In this document: piece after piece, positions 8,473 to 16,901 of the stretch
Position numbering within the stretch: position 1 is the stretch's first letter
Layout of the letters: every line of letters starts with the position of its first letter
Origin: a virus
DNA length: 41,341 nucleotides
Virus genome (UHGV): UHGV-0069723
Reading direction: 5' to 3' (one strand)
Program-made: the position numbers and the translations under genes
The notes under the pieces: generated by a model
What the model saw: the letters and a program-made list of their open reading frames with translations, nothing else
What the model was told of the DNA's origin: nothing
Databases searched by the model: none

Positions 8473-8549
8473 TTACCTTCTGGGTAACAAAGTATTCTAA
8501 ACTCTATTGATTTCGTGTCTTATGTGGTTTTTAATTACCTCAGGGGTAA
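8473..8549. promoter_or_regulatory. Two perfect TTACC-N5-GGTAA sites (8473-8487, 8535-8549) with candidate promoters
   Basis: TTACCTTCTGGGTAA and TTACCTCAGGGGTAA; TTGATA (8465-8470) and TTGATT/TTTAAT promoter-like hexamers interleaved; second site ends 3 nt before the ATG at 8553. Confidence 0.55.
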
Positions 8550-8552
8550 ATT

Positions 8553-8897
8553 ATGAGAAAACAGATACAGGCTCTTGGTCGACTCAAAACAGGCCAGATG
8601 AACAAAACAGAATCTGCGTATTGCCAGCACCTTGAGTTGCGTAAACGTGCAGGAGAAATCGTCTGGTATCGATTTGAGGGTATCAAGCTGCGGTTAGCTG
8701 ACAACACGTTCTATACGCCAGATTTTGCTGTGATGCTCGCCACCGGCGAGATGGAACTGCACGAAGTGAAAGGTTTCTGGACCGACGACGCCAGGGTGAA
8801 AACCAAAGTCGCCGCAGATCAGTATCCGTTCCGAATCATCGGGGTAACGGTTAAACCAAAGAAAGCAGGTGGTGGCTGGAACATCGAAGAGTTCTGA
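8553..8897 (+). CDS. Hypothetical protein (possibly DUF1064-like)
   Basis: 114 aa ORF with AGGGG RBS; function not recognisable with confidence. Confidence 0.6.
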   Translation: MRKQIQALGRLKTGQMNKTESAYCQHLELRKRAGEIVWYRFEGIKLRLADNTFYTPDFAVMLATGEMELHEVKGFWTDDARVKTKVAADQYPFRIIGVTVKPKKAGGGWNIEEF

Positions 8898-8958
8898 ATC
8901 GACGATCTTTTTAGTTATCAATGTAATCAATAAGTTATGTGGATAAGCGAGGGTAAAG

Positions 8959-9492
8959 ATGGAAAGTAATATCAAAGGGTTAGTTGCCGCCGGGCATGAG
9001 ATGGCTTCGGAACTGAAAGCAGAATGTGGTGCCGTTGATATGCGCAGTGTGGCAAAGCTGATCAGCGATTTGGCAACGCAACTGGAAGTGCAACTGGTGC
9101 GTGCTAATGCGATGGCCGAAGACCAGCAGAAAGCGATTGAGTCAATTAAGCAGGCTGATTCGGCTGTTAAGTTGGCACACGAGAAGTTTTCGGCGCTGGC
9201 GGCGGAGAATGCGGCAATGCATGAAGCTATTGAAGCCGTTCGGAGTGTTGCGGATAACTCCAGTGGAATTGCCGGATGGCATTTGAATGGCGATATCGCT
9301 ACATGGGAAGAGATTCTTCCTGAAATTAACGATATCGAAACCCCAGCCACCGATGCTTTCCTGGCTGAAGTACGGGCGCAGGGGGTAGAGATGTTCTCAG
9401 AAAAATTCGGAGGTGGCACTCCGCTATCCAATATGGTCAAAGAGGTTGCGGCTGATTTTGCGGCGAAGCTTCGCAAAGGAGGCAACCAGTGA
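8959..9492 (+). CDS. Hypothetical protein
   Basis: 177 aa ORF, same strand, ends 4 nt into the next ORF. Confidence 0.6.
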   Translation: MESNIKGLVAAGHEMASELKAECGAVDMRSVAKLISDLATQLEVQLVRANAMAEDQQKAIESIKQADSAVKLAHEKFSALAAENAAMHEAIEAVRSVADNSSGIAGWHLNGDIATWEEILPEINDIETPATDAFLAEVRAQGVEMFSEKFGGGTPLSNMVKEVAADFAAKLRKGGNQ

Positions 9493-10112
9493 GCAAGATT
9501 GACTATCAGGCACTGCGTGAAGCGGCAGAACGCGCAATTCCGGCAATGGAACGCCTGTTAACGTTGCCAGCCGATGATGACTTGTTAAGCGAAAAGGAGC
9601 TTAAAGATAGCGATGTTGATATTGATGCGATTAACAACTTCAAACTGCTGACCGGCCCGGAAACGGTGCTGGCACTGCTGGATGAACGGGAAAGAAACCA
9701 GCAATACATAAAACGCCGTGACCAGGAGAACGAGGATATTGCGCTTACGGTTGGGAAGCTGCGAGTTGAGCTGGAAGCCGCAGAGAAGCGCAACGCTGAA
9801 TTACAAAGCGAGAATGCATACATCCGCAACCGGTTCAAAGAACTGGACCTGTTAATCGGGAAAAACATTCTGGTCATGCAGGCTGCGATTATCGAATGGC
9901 AGGCAACTGGCGACGCTAAGAGCGGACTGGCATGGATTTATAACACACTGTTTGGCCCTGGCGAATTGCCGGACGAATCTGAGAAAGATGCTCAGGCCTA
10001 CTTTAATCGCAAATATGCACCGATTGACGAAAAGCTTATGGAGCTTCACAAGTGGTTTTGGGAACAAAGTGAATCCGAGCGCGCCGCTGGCATTCGCATC
10101 AAAGGAGAGTGA
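9489..10112 (+). CDS. Hypothetical coiled-coil protein (possibly Ea22-like)
   Basis: 207 aa; start overlaps previous stop; central heptad-like segment (VGKLRVELEAAEKRNAELQSENAYIRNRFKELD). Confidence 0.6.
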   Translation: MSKIDYQALREAAERAIPAMERLLTLPADDDLLSEKELKDSDVDIDAINNFKLLTGPETVLALLDERERNQQYIKRRDQENEDIALTVGKLRVELEAAEKRNAELQSENAYIRNRFKELDLLIGKNILVMQAAIIEWQATGDAKSGLAWIYNTLFGPGELPDESEKDAQAYFNRKYAPIDEKLMELHKWFWEQSESERAAGIRIKGE

Positions 10113-10114
10113 TA

Positions 10115-10401
10115 TGGCAACTTTGCAGGAATTAATCGACCTGACGCCAGAACAGGAAAAAGCGTGGAATCGCCTTGTGAAGGCTGTAAAGGATTTCAGG
10201 GCAGCCGGAGGAAAGTTTTATAGCGTCCTGGACACGCTGAGCGCATACAACGGCGAGCACGTTGCCAGCATTGATAACGATAAGGGCTACCACACTGCAA
10301 GCGTCTATATGCCTAGCATTGATGCGCCAGGGCTAACCAGTTGGGCTGATGATTGGCACGGCATCACGCTGAAAGATGGCGTTGAAGTGGATGAGGACTA
10401 A
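10115..10401 (+). CDS. Hypothetical protein
   Basis: 95 aa from ATG 10115 (MATLQELIDL...) with AAAGGAG RBS; the track ORF starts upstream, overlapping the previous gene. Confidence 0.5.
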
Positions 10402-10404
10402 CAC

Positions 10405-10764
10405 ATGACCACTATTACCAATAAGAAACAGTATCCCAGCGAGCAATATCTTAATGAGCTGATCACCAACATAGAGTTTGCTGCAAGGGCACCAGTTGAA
10501 GTCGTGAGAGCGATGGCAGCAGAGCTACAGAAGCGGCGCGAAGCTGATAGTGCAGAACCTGTAAGCCAGGCTTACAAGTTGAACGCGCTGGATGGCAACT
10601 CTCCGGTAACTCCGGATGGTTGGGTTATGGTTCCTAAACAGGTAACGCCGGAAATCAGCAACGCGATAAACGTTGTGGGTCAACGCTGTACATGCGGAAA
10701 TTGCTCTCAGCGGTTGTGGGATTTATTACTCGACGCCACACAGCAAGGAGTTAACCGTGGCTAA
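10405..10764 (+). CDS. Hypothetical protein
   Basis: 119 aa ORF 3 nt after the previous stop. Confidence 0.55.
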   Translation: MTTITNKKQYPSEQYLNELITNIEFAARAPVEVVRAMAAELQKRREADSAEPVSQAYKLNALDGNSPVTPDGWVMVPKQVTPEISNAINVVGQRCTCGNCSQRLWDLLLDATQQGVNRG

Positions 10765-11038
10765 CCTGCAACTTGCCGTTAAAGGTGAATACTTCGATGC
10801 CATGATTCGCGGAGAGAAAACGGAAGAGTATCGCCTGTGTAATGACTACTGGAATAAGCGAATTATGTTCCGGGAGTATGACCGCCTGATTATCACAAAG
10901 GGATATCCGAAGCGCGACGACTCCAGCCGCAGAATTAACGTCCAGTATGACGGATATGAAATCAAGACAATCACACATCCCCACTTCGGTGATAAACCGG
11001 TAAAGGTGTTCGCGATAAAGGTAAATATTGATGGCTAA
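10757..11038 (+). CDS. Hypothetical protein, possibly ASCH/PUA-like fold
   Basis: 93 aa from GTG 10757 with AAGGAG RBS 7 nt upstream; AVKGEYFDAMIRGEKTEEYR resembles the ASCH N-terminal pattern (tentative). Confidence 0.45.
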   Translation: MANLQLAVKGEYFDAMIRGEKTEEYRLCNDYWNKRIMFREYDRLIITKGYPKRDDSSRRINVQYDGYEIKTITHPHFGDKPVKVFAIKVNIDG

Positions 11039-11369
11039 ATCAGCAGCAGAGCGCAAAGCCGCTCAGAGAGCCAGACAAGCTGCATCTGGTGTGTGTAAGC
11101 TGGAAATTGTGCTTGATGCTCAGGAAATTGAAATGCTGGCGCGGAACTGCGCCGCCCGGCGCCCTAGTCGCGATCCCTATGAAATGGCCGAGTACATCGC
11201 GCTGCTGATCCGCCAGGATGATGCACGTGTGCGCGGGCGTATAAAATCGATCAGCAGAAAACTTTGCGGTAAGTGCGGCGAGAGAGTTCCCGTTAATTCA
11301 TGCCCGTGTAATGGTGACTCGCAATGCTGGGTGACTAAAGGCTGGCATGAAACGAAATTAATAGTGTGA
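11028..11369 (+). CDS. Hypothetical protein with C-terminal Cys cluster
   Basis: 113 aa; C-terminal CGKCGERVPVNSCPCNGDSQC suggests metal binding; stop codon lies inside the GTGACATGTCAC palindrome. Confidence 0.55.
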   Translation: MMAKSAAERKAAQRARQAASGVCKLEIVLDAQEIEMLARNCAARRPSRDPYEMAEYIALLIRQDDARVRGRIKSISRKLCGKCGERVPVNSCPCNGDSQCWVTKGWHETKLIV

Positions 11370-11377
11370 CATGTCAC
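11366..11377. repeat. 12-bp perfect palindrome GTGACATGTCAC (copy 1 of 3)
   Basis: Exact copies at 13631-13642 and 31288-31299; overlaps the stop codon of the upstream gene. Confidence 0.6.
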
Positions 11378-11417
11378 GAGTAGATTATGCATGATGAATT
11401 TGATGGGTTTTGAATAC

Positions 11418-11444
11418 TGCCGCCAACTATGGCGGCTTTATTTT
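11418..11444 (+). terminator. Rho-independent terminator between nin-like genes and terS
   Basis: Hairpin TGCCGCC-AACTAT-GGCGGC followed by TTTATTTT. Confidence 0.6.
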
Positions 11445-11455
11445 GCATGGTACTA

Positions 11456-11488
11456 TTACCACAACGGTAACTATTACCACGGTGGTTA
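11456..11488. promoter_or_regulatory. Two TTACC-N5-GGTAA-type sites just upstream of terS
   Basis: TTACCACAACGGTAA (11456-11470, perfect) and TTACCACGGTGGTTA (11474-11488, one mismatch) ending at the terS start codon. Confidence 0.5.
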
Positions 11489-12084
11489 TGATGCCTGCTG
11501 AACCTAAAACCTATAAACGCAAATCAACGCAATTTAAGCCACTAACAGCAATGCAGGAGGCTTATTGCCAGTCATACATCAAAACGCCTGAAAACCAGAC
11601 TCAGGCAGCGATTAACGCAGGATTCTCCCCAAATACAGCGGCAGTTAAAGCCAGTGTCATGATGCGCGATGAACGCATTCAAAAACGGATTGCCGAGCTG
11701 ATGGAGGAGCGCAACAAACGAATGCGCGTCAGTGCTGATTACGTTCTCATGCGCCTGGTGGAGATCGACCAGATGGACGTGATCGACATCCTCAACGACG
11801 ATGGGAGCCTTAAGCCAATCCGCGAGTGGCCGAAAATCTGGCGCACTACGCTTAGCGGCTTTGATCTGTCATCGACCATCATGAACATGAACGAGGATTC
11901 GATAGAGACAATCCTCAAAAAAATTAAATGGCCTGACAAGGTGAAGAACCTCGAGCTTATCGGTAAGCACGTCGACGTCAACGCGTTCAAAGAGCGCCTG
12001 GATGTTAATGTGAATGTGACAATTGCTGATCGCATAGCGGCAGCCAGGAAGCGACTCAAAGAACGTCAGGATGGTAATCAGTGA
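11488..12084 (+). CDS. Terminase small subunit
   Basis: 198 aa from ATG 11488; LTAMQEAYCQSYIKTPENQTQAAINAGFSPNTAAVKASVMMRDERIQKRI matches the terS (Terminase_2-type) N-terminal pattern; precedes terL with a 4-nt overlap. Confidence 0.85.
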   Translation: MMPAEPKTYKRKSTQFKPLTAMQEAYCQSYIKTPENQTQAAINAGFSPNTAAVKASVMMRDERIQKRIAELMEERNKRMRVSADYVLMRLVEIDQMDVIDILNDDGSLKPIREWPKIWRTTLSGFDLSSTIMNMNEDSIETILKKIKWPDKVKNLELIGKHVDVNAFKERLDVNVNVTIADRIAAARKRLKERQDGNQ

Positions 12085-13556
12085 CAGATGCAGTGTTATC
12101 TCCTGAAGAGCAGTTAATCGAAGATATTGCAGGGTTCACTCACGATCCGCTTGGCTATGCCCTCTATGCGTTCCCGTGGGGGGAAGAGGGGACTGAACTG
12201 GCACATGCCACCGGCCCACGTCAGTGGCAGGCTGATGCGTTCCGAGAGATACGTGATCACCTGCAGAATCCAGAGACGCGCTATCAGCCGCTTATGCTGG
12301 CACGCGCTTCTGGTCACGGTATTGGTAAATCCGCATTCATCTCAATGCTGATCAACTGGGGCATGTCCACTTGCGAGGATTGTAAGGTCGTGGTGACCGC
12401 CAACACCGACAACCAGCTACGAACGAAGACTTGGCCGGAAATTATCAAGTGGTCGAACCTTGCTATCACGAAAGACTGGTTTACCTGTACCGCTACCGCG
12501 ATGTACAGCAATGACCCTGGGCACGACAAGCGGTGGCGAGCTGACGCAATCCCCTGGTCTGAGCACAACACTGAGGCATTCGCCGGATTACACAATGAGC
12601 GCAAACGCATCATCGTGGTATTCGATGAAGCGTCGAACATTGCGGATCTGGTGTGGGAAGTTGCCGAGGGTGCGCTAACGGACGAAGACACTGAGATTAT
12701 CTGGGTGGCGTTCGGAAACCCGACGCGTAATACCGGACGTTTCCGTGAATGTTTCCGCAAGTATAAACACCGCTGGAAAACTGCGCAGATTGACAGTCGG
12801 ACGGTGGAAGGTACCAACAAACAGCAGTTGCAGAAATGGGTTGATGACTACGGGGAAGACAGCGACTTCGTTAAAATCCGTGTGCGTGGCATATTCCCTG
12901 ATGCATCTGAATTGCAGTTTATCCCTACCGGTCTTACTGACGAGGCAATAAAACGGGTGGTAACCGCTGCGCAGGTTGCACATGCTCCGGTGATAATCGG
13001 CGTTGACCCGGCATACTCCGGCGTTGATGACGCTGTGATATACCTGCGGCAGGGGCTACACAGTAAGGTGCTGTGGACTGGAAACAAGACTACCGACGAT
13101 CTGATTATGGCGAAGCGTATCGCTGACTTTGAAGACCAGTATCAGGCTGACGCGGTGTTCATCGACTTTGGTTACGGAACCGGTTTGAAGTCAATCGGTG
13201 ACGGCTGGGGTCGTACATGGCAACTTGTTCCGTTCGGTGGCGCGTCTACTGACCCGCAGATGCTCAACAAGCGTGGGGAGATGTTCAACTCATGCAAGAC
13301 ATGGCTGAGGCTTGGCGGCATGCTGGATGACCATGAAACAGCGGACGACCTGTCGGCGGCAGAGTACAAAGTTCGAGTGGACGGTAAAATCGTTATCGAA
13401 CCGAAGGAAGATATCAAAGAGCGGCTTGGGCGTTCTCCTGGTAAAGGCGATGCGCTACTGCTGACGTTTGCGTTCCCTGTGTCGAAGCGTCTGCGAATTC
13501 CCGGTCAGCAGAACCAGCAAGGCAAGGCCATCACAGATTACGATCCCTATGCTTAA
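12081..13556 (+). CDS. Terminase large subunit
   Basis: 491 aa directly after terS; ATPase-like N-terminal region and nuclease-like C-terminal region with conserved acidic residues. Confidence 0.9.
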   Translation: MTDAVLSPEEQLIEDIAGFTHDPLGYALYAFPWGEEGTELAHATGPRQWQADAFREIRDHLQNPETRYQPLMLARASGHGIGKSAFISMLINWGMSTCEDCKVVVTANTDNQLRTKTWPEIIKWSNLAITKDWFTCTATAMYSNDPGHDKRWRADAIPWSEHNTEAFAGLHNERKRIIVVFDEASNIADLVWEVAEGALTDEDTEIIWVAFGNPTRNTGRFRECFRKYKHRWKTAQIDSRTVEGTNKQQLQKWVDDYGEDSDFVKIRVRGIFPDASELQFIPTGLTDEAIKRVVTAAQVAHAPVIIGVDPAYSGVDDAVIYLRQGLHSKVLWTGNKTTDDLIMAKRIADFEDQYQADAVFIDFGYGTGLKSIGDGWGRTWQLVPFGGASTDPQMLNKRGEMFNSCKTWLRLGGMLDDHETADDLSAAEYKVRVDGKIVIEPKEDIKERLGRSPGKGDALLLTFAFPVSKRLRIPGQQNQQGKAITDYDPYA

Positions 13557-13606
13557 TCCGCTGGTGGGGATAATGTCGTTGATATCCTCTGGTGAGGATA
13601 AAACAA

Positions 13607-13630
13607 AGCCAGCTCATCGGCTGGCTGTTT
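13607..13630. terminator. Hairpin after terL, possibly a bidirectional terminator
   Basis: AGCCAGC-TCATCG-GCTGGCT with T-rich sequence on both strands; sits between convergent genes. Confidence 0.5.
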
Positions 13631-13642
13631 GTGACATGTCAC
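13631..13642. repeat. 12-bp perfect palindrome GTGACATGTCAC (copy 2 of 3)
   Basis: Identical to copies at 11366 and 31288; immediately 3' of the terL terminator hairpin. Confidence 0.6.
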
Positions 13643-13646
13643 GGTG

Positions 13647-14003
13647 TTATTGCTCGCTTAACTTCTGCTTCAGCAAGTAACCTTCGAGCATCCAGATTTT
13701 GTTTACAGCATTCTGCCGGGCAATCTTCCGACCAATTTCTGCATCAAAATTTTCCGGACTTGCACAGGCACTCTCTCCGGTGACGGTGAAGCCATTCTTC
13801 AGTACCAATACGCAGAAAGTCAGGAGGTCTGTAGATTTATGCGCTGTCCATGAATCGCCAACGCCCATATTGGCAGCACGAATGCCGTCATAAGCAGTAA
13901 AGAAATGCTCTTCAAGAATGATGCTTTCGATATATTGAGGCGTAACTCGCGGAGCGGTTTTGCCTTTCTCAACGATTTCTTTTTCGATTTGCTGGTCGTT
14001 CAT
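13647..14003 (-). CDS. Hypothetical protein (possibly Gp49-like), antisense to the late operon
   Basis: 118 aa; AAGGTGAG RBS; lies with the tRNA on the minus strand between terL and the portal gene. Confidence 0.5.
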   Translation of the reverse strand: MNDQQIEKEIVEKGKTAPRVTPQYIESIILEEHFFTAYDGIRAANMGVGDSWTAHKSTDLLTFCVLVLKNGFTVTGESACASPENFDAEIGRKIARQNAVNKIWMLEGYLLKQKLSEQ

Positions 14004-14013
14004 AATCTCACCT

Positions 14014-14038
14014 TAAAAAAATGCCCGGCGAACCGGGC
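14014..14038 (-). terminator. Rho-independent terminator (minus strand)
   Basis: Minus-strand hairpin GCCCGG-TTCG-CCGGGC followed by a T-run; just upstream of the 13647-14003 gene RBS. Confidence 0.5.
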
Positions 14039-14115
14039 GAACTGGAAGCAATGAGTTATGCCTTCCGTGGCTGTACGGGTTTACAGCATGAAGTCATCGC
14101 AATGGCGTCCTGCTG

Positions 14116-14158
14116 TAAAAAGGGCGGTGATAGTCCTTCAAGGGAAACCATCACCGCC
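14116..14158 (-). terminator. Rho-independent terminator of the tRNA gene
   Basis: 9-bp stem GGCGGTGAT/ATCACCGCC followed by TTTTT on the minus strand, about 45 nt 3' of the tRNA. Confidence 0.6.
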
Positions 14159-14201
14159 AAGCCCCTGGAACTTCTGGCATCACGGTCCTTAGGCGTGATT
14201 C

Positions 14202-14278
14202 TGGTGTGGCATGCAGGATTCGAACCTGCGACCAACCGCTTAGAAGGCGGTTGCTCTGTCCAACTGAGCTAATGCCAC
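14202..14278 (-). tRNA. tRNA-Arg (anticodon UCU, reads AGA), phage-encoded, CCA encoded
   Basis: Hand-folded cloverleaf: acceptor GTGGCAT/ATGCCAC, D-arm GCTC-AGTTGGACA-GAGC, anticodon stem ACCGC/GCGGT with loop CTTCTAA, T-arm GCAGG-TTCGAAT-CCTGC, discriminator A plus CCA; 77 nt. Confidence 0.9.
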
Positions 14279-14600
14279 AACGCTGAGAGCACTTAGCCTG
14301 TTAAGGCGCCACACTTTGTCGCGGCTCCATAAATGCTCTCATCGTTGTACCCTCGTCTCTTCCGAGGCGTCACACCGAATCGCCGGGATGGTGAATCCCC
14401 GTGCGCGGAATAAAACCGCTCGACTTGCACATTCCGGCTACCTGGTTCGTTTGCCCGAGCAAGGTAGGGTGCCCCTTAAACGTATCCAGACCGCTATCGT
14501 CGCATGTGCCATACGCCGTACTGCTCAAAATAAAAGCTCACTCCACCTGTTCAATTTAACGACAAGCCAGTCAGGTTAGTAACCGGAATGAACTTTTTTG

Positions 14601-14615
14601 TTACCCGAAGGGTAA
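14601..14615. promoter_or_regulatory. Perfect TTACC-N5-GGTAA site upstream of the head gene block
   Basis: TTACCCGAAGGGTAA, about 90 bp upstream of the first late-strand ORF. Confidence 0.5.
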
Positions 14616-14705
14616 TAATTCGCGCGTTAAATGTCAACTGCCTACGATAAATAAATCATATGTGGTTAAATTGGTAATAATTTAATTGCGTACGGAGTCA
14701 TTGAT

Positions 14706-14912
14706 ATGTGCATGGGTAGCTCACCATCAGTGCCTGCAACACCAGAAGTTCAGGCAGCACCACAGGAGCAGGATTCCGCCGTTGTTGATGCCCGAGACGA
14801 AGAAACTCGTCGCCGTCGCGCTGCTGCTGGTCGTAGTTCTACGCTGCTTACCGGTTCTCAGGGCGACACATCAACCGCTAATACCAGCGGTAAAACGCTG
14901 CTTGGTCAGTAA
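14706..14912 (+). CDS. Small hypothetical protein upstream of portal
   Basis: 68 aa ORF ending 15 nt before the portal start; GGAG 9 nt upstream; overlapping alternative frame (14686-14925) cannot be excluded. Confidence 0.35.
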   Translation: MCMGSSPSVPATPEVQAAPQEQDSAVVDARDEETRRRRAAAGRSSTLLTGSQGDTSTANTSGKTLLGQ

Positions 14913-14926
14913 CCGGAGTCATTGAA

Positions 14927-16606
14927 ATGGCGGAAACAACTAAAGAGCGATTGAACAAACAGTTCGCACAACTTGAAAGCGAGCGTCAGTCGTTCGAGCC
15001 GCACTGGCGCGAGTTGAGTGATTACATCAACCCGCGTGGTTCCCGCTTTCTGACTTCTGAGGTCAACCGTAACGATCGACGCAATACACGCATTATTGAT
15101 TCGACCGGGACTATGGCGGCGCGCACTCTCGCCAGCGGCATGATGTCAGGCATCACAAGCCCCGCGCGTCCGTGGTTTCGCCTGGCTACGCCAGATCCTG
15201 AAATGATGGATTATGGCCCTGTTAAGTTGTGGCTTGAGGCGGTGCAGAACCGCATGAACGATATGTTCAATAAGTCGAATCTCTACCAGTCTCTTCCGCA
15301 GTTATACGGAAGCCTCGGCACATACAGCACTGGTGCAATGGCGGTGCTGGAGGATGACGAGGACATCATTCGCACAATGCCATTCCCGATAGGCAGTTAC
15401 TACCTGGCTAACTCACCTCGTGGCAGTGTGGACACCTGTTTTCGCAAGTTCTCTATGACTGTTCGTCAGCTTGTTCAGGAGTTCGGGCTAAATAACGTCA
15501 GCGAATCCGTAAAAAGCATGTGGGAAAGCGGCACCTACGAGAAGTGGATTGACGTGATGCATTCGGTTTACCCGAACATTGACCGCGATACATCGAAGCT
15601 GGATAGCAAGAACAAGCCATTCAAATCGGTTTATTACGAGGTTGGTGGCGATAACGACAAGTTGTTGCGTGAGTCCGGATTTGATGAGTTTCCAATTATG
15701 GCTCCGCGCTGGGAAGTTAATGGCGAAGATGTTTATGGATCATCATGCCCGGGTATGCTGGCGCTTGGACCTGTTAAGGCATTGCAGCTTCTCCAGAAGC
15801 GCAAGTCGCAGTTGATTGATAAAGCCACCAATCCGCCGATGGTTGCTCCGACTTCCCTCAAGAATCAGCGCGCCTCCCTTCTTCCTGGCGACATCACGTA
15901 TATCGATCAGATTACTGGTCAGGATGGTTTCAGGCCTGCTTATCTGGTTAACCCCAGTACAGCAGATCTGGTAGCAGACATTCAGGACACTCGTCAAATC
16001 ATTAACAGCGCCTACTTTGTCGATCTGTTCATGATGTTGCAGAACATCAATACCCGCTCGATGCCTGTTGAAGCGGTGATCGAAATGAAAGAAGAAAAAC
16101 TTCTGATGTTGGGGCCGGTTCTGGAGCGTCTGAACGACGAATGTCTTAACCCTCTCATTGACCGCGCTTTCTCGATGATGGTGCGTAAAAACATGCTGCC
16201 GCCACCGCCTGACGCGATGGAAGGTATGCCCCTGAAGGTCGAATACATTTCCGTCATGGCTCAGGCGCAGAAGTCTATCGGCCTGTCCAGTCTGGCGTCC
16301 ACGGTTAACTTCATTGGTCAACTTGCGCAAGCGAAACCAGAAGCTCTCGACAAACTCAACGTTGATCAGGCGATCGATGCATTCGCTGATATGTCCGGAG
16401 TGTCTCCAACCGTCATTGTTCCGCAGGAACAGGTTGAGCAGGCTCGCCAGCAACGGGCACAGCAGCAACAGCAGCAACAAATGATGGCGATGGGGATGGC
16501 GGCGGCACAGGGTGCCAAGACGCTAAGCGAAGCTAAAACTTCGGATCCGAGTGTTTTGTCAGCTATGGCGAATGCAGTTAGTGGTCAGGGTGGGCAATCA
16601 CAATGA
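14927..16606 (+). CDS. Portal (head-to-tail connector) protein
   Basis: 559 aa, first large gene of the structural block, followed by scaffold and major capsid genes; Gln-rich C-terminal tail. Confidence 0.85.
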   Translation: MAETTKERLNKQFAQLESERQSFEPHWRELSDYINPRGSRFLTSEVNRNDRRNTRIIDSTGTMAARTLASGMMSGITSPARPWFRLATPDPEMMDYGPVKLWLEAVQNRMNDMFNKSNLYQSLPQLYGSLGTYSTGAMAVLEDDEDIIRTMPFPIGSYYLANSPRGSVDTCFRKFSMTVRQLVQEFGLNNVSESVKSMWESGTYEKWIDVMHSVYPNIDRDTSKLDSKNKPFKSVYYEVGGDNDKLLRESGFDEFPIMAPRWEVNGEDVYGSSCPGMLALGPVKALQLLQKRKSQLIDKATNPPMVAPTSLKNQRASLLPGDITYIDQITGQDGFRPAYLVNPSTADLVADIQDTRQIINSAYFVDLFMMLQNINTRSMPVEAVIEMKEEKLLMLGPVLERLNDECLNPLIDRAFSMMVRKNMLPPPPDAMEGMPLKVEYISVMAQAQKSIGLSSLASTVNFIGQLAQAKPEALDKLNVDQAIDAFADMSGVSPTVIVPQEQVEQARQQRAQQQQQQQMMAMGMAAAQGAKTLSEAKTSDPSVLSAMANAVSGQGGQSQ

Positions 16607-16899
16607 CAGATTACGAAGACGATCAACTGAAAGAAGAAAACGCCCGTAAGCAACGTGACATGGCGCAGCGTGAAATTGATGACATTCGCTTTGTCATGAG
16701 CAGTGAACAGGGGCGTCGCGTTGTCTGGTCGGTGCTGGAGAAAGGCCGTGTGTTTTCCGCTATCTCACCGATGGACGCTATGGCAATGGCATTTAATGAG
16801 GGGCAACGCAATCTGGCGCTGGAACTGTTTCAGCGCGTTATGGCGCATTGCCCTGAACAGTATTTGAAGATGGCCAAAGAGGCCAGTGAACAGGAGTGA
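16603..16899 (+). CDS. Hypothetical head-assembly protein
   Basis: 98 aa; start overlaps the portal stop (ATGA). Confidence 0.55.
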   Translation: MTDYEDDQLKEENARKQRDMAQREIDDIRFVMSSEQGRRVVWSVLEKGRVFSAISPMDAMAMAFNEGQRNLALELFQRVMAHCPEQYLKMAKEASEQE

Positions 16900-16901
16900 T
16901 C

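Noticed and set aside
8543-8561. Near-identical start contexts GGGGTAA-(2-3 nt)-ATGAGAAAA at 8543 and 30901
   Set aside because: Short RBS-plus-MRK similarity between unrelated genes; too short to imply shared origin.
8927-8935. Perfect DnaA box (TTATCCACA on the minus strand)
   Set aside because: A single 9-mer is expected by chance about 0.3 times in a window this size; no cluster or adjacent AT-rich unwinding element.
8694-9485. 263-aa minus-strand ORF overlapping two plus-strand genes
   Set aside because: Antisense to a tightly packed co-oriented operon; Ala/Ser-rich low-complexity translation; no RBS or promoter context. Same reasoning applies to 15743-16480, 17031-17612, 19621-20346, 20151-20855 and 12314-12820.
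11366-11377. GTGACATGTCAC as a CRP site
   Set aside because: CRP needs TGTGA-N6-TCACA; here the half-sites are 4 bp apart.
14202-14278. tRNA as the phage integration target
   Set aside because: The tRNA is 14 kb inside the prophage, far from either end, so it is phage cargo rather than attB.
14021-14579. Plus-strand ORFs across the tRNA region
   Set aside because: They overlap the tRNA and its terminators on the opposite strand; the region is better explained as tRNA gene plus promoter and terminators.
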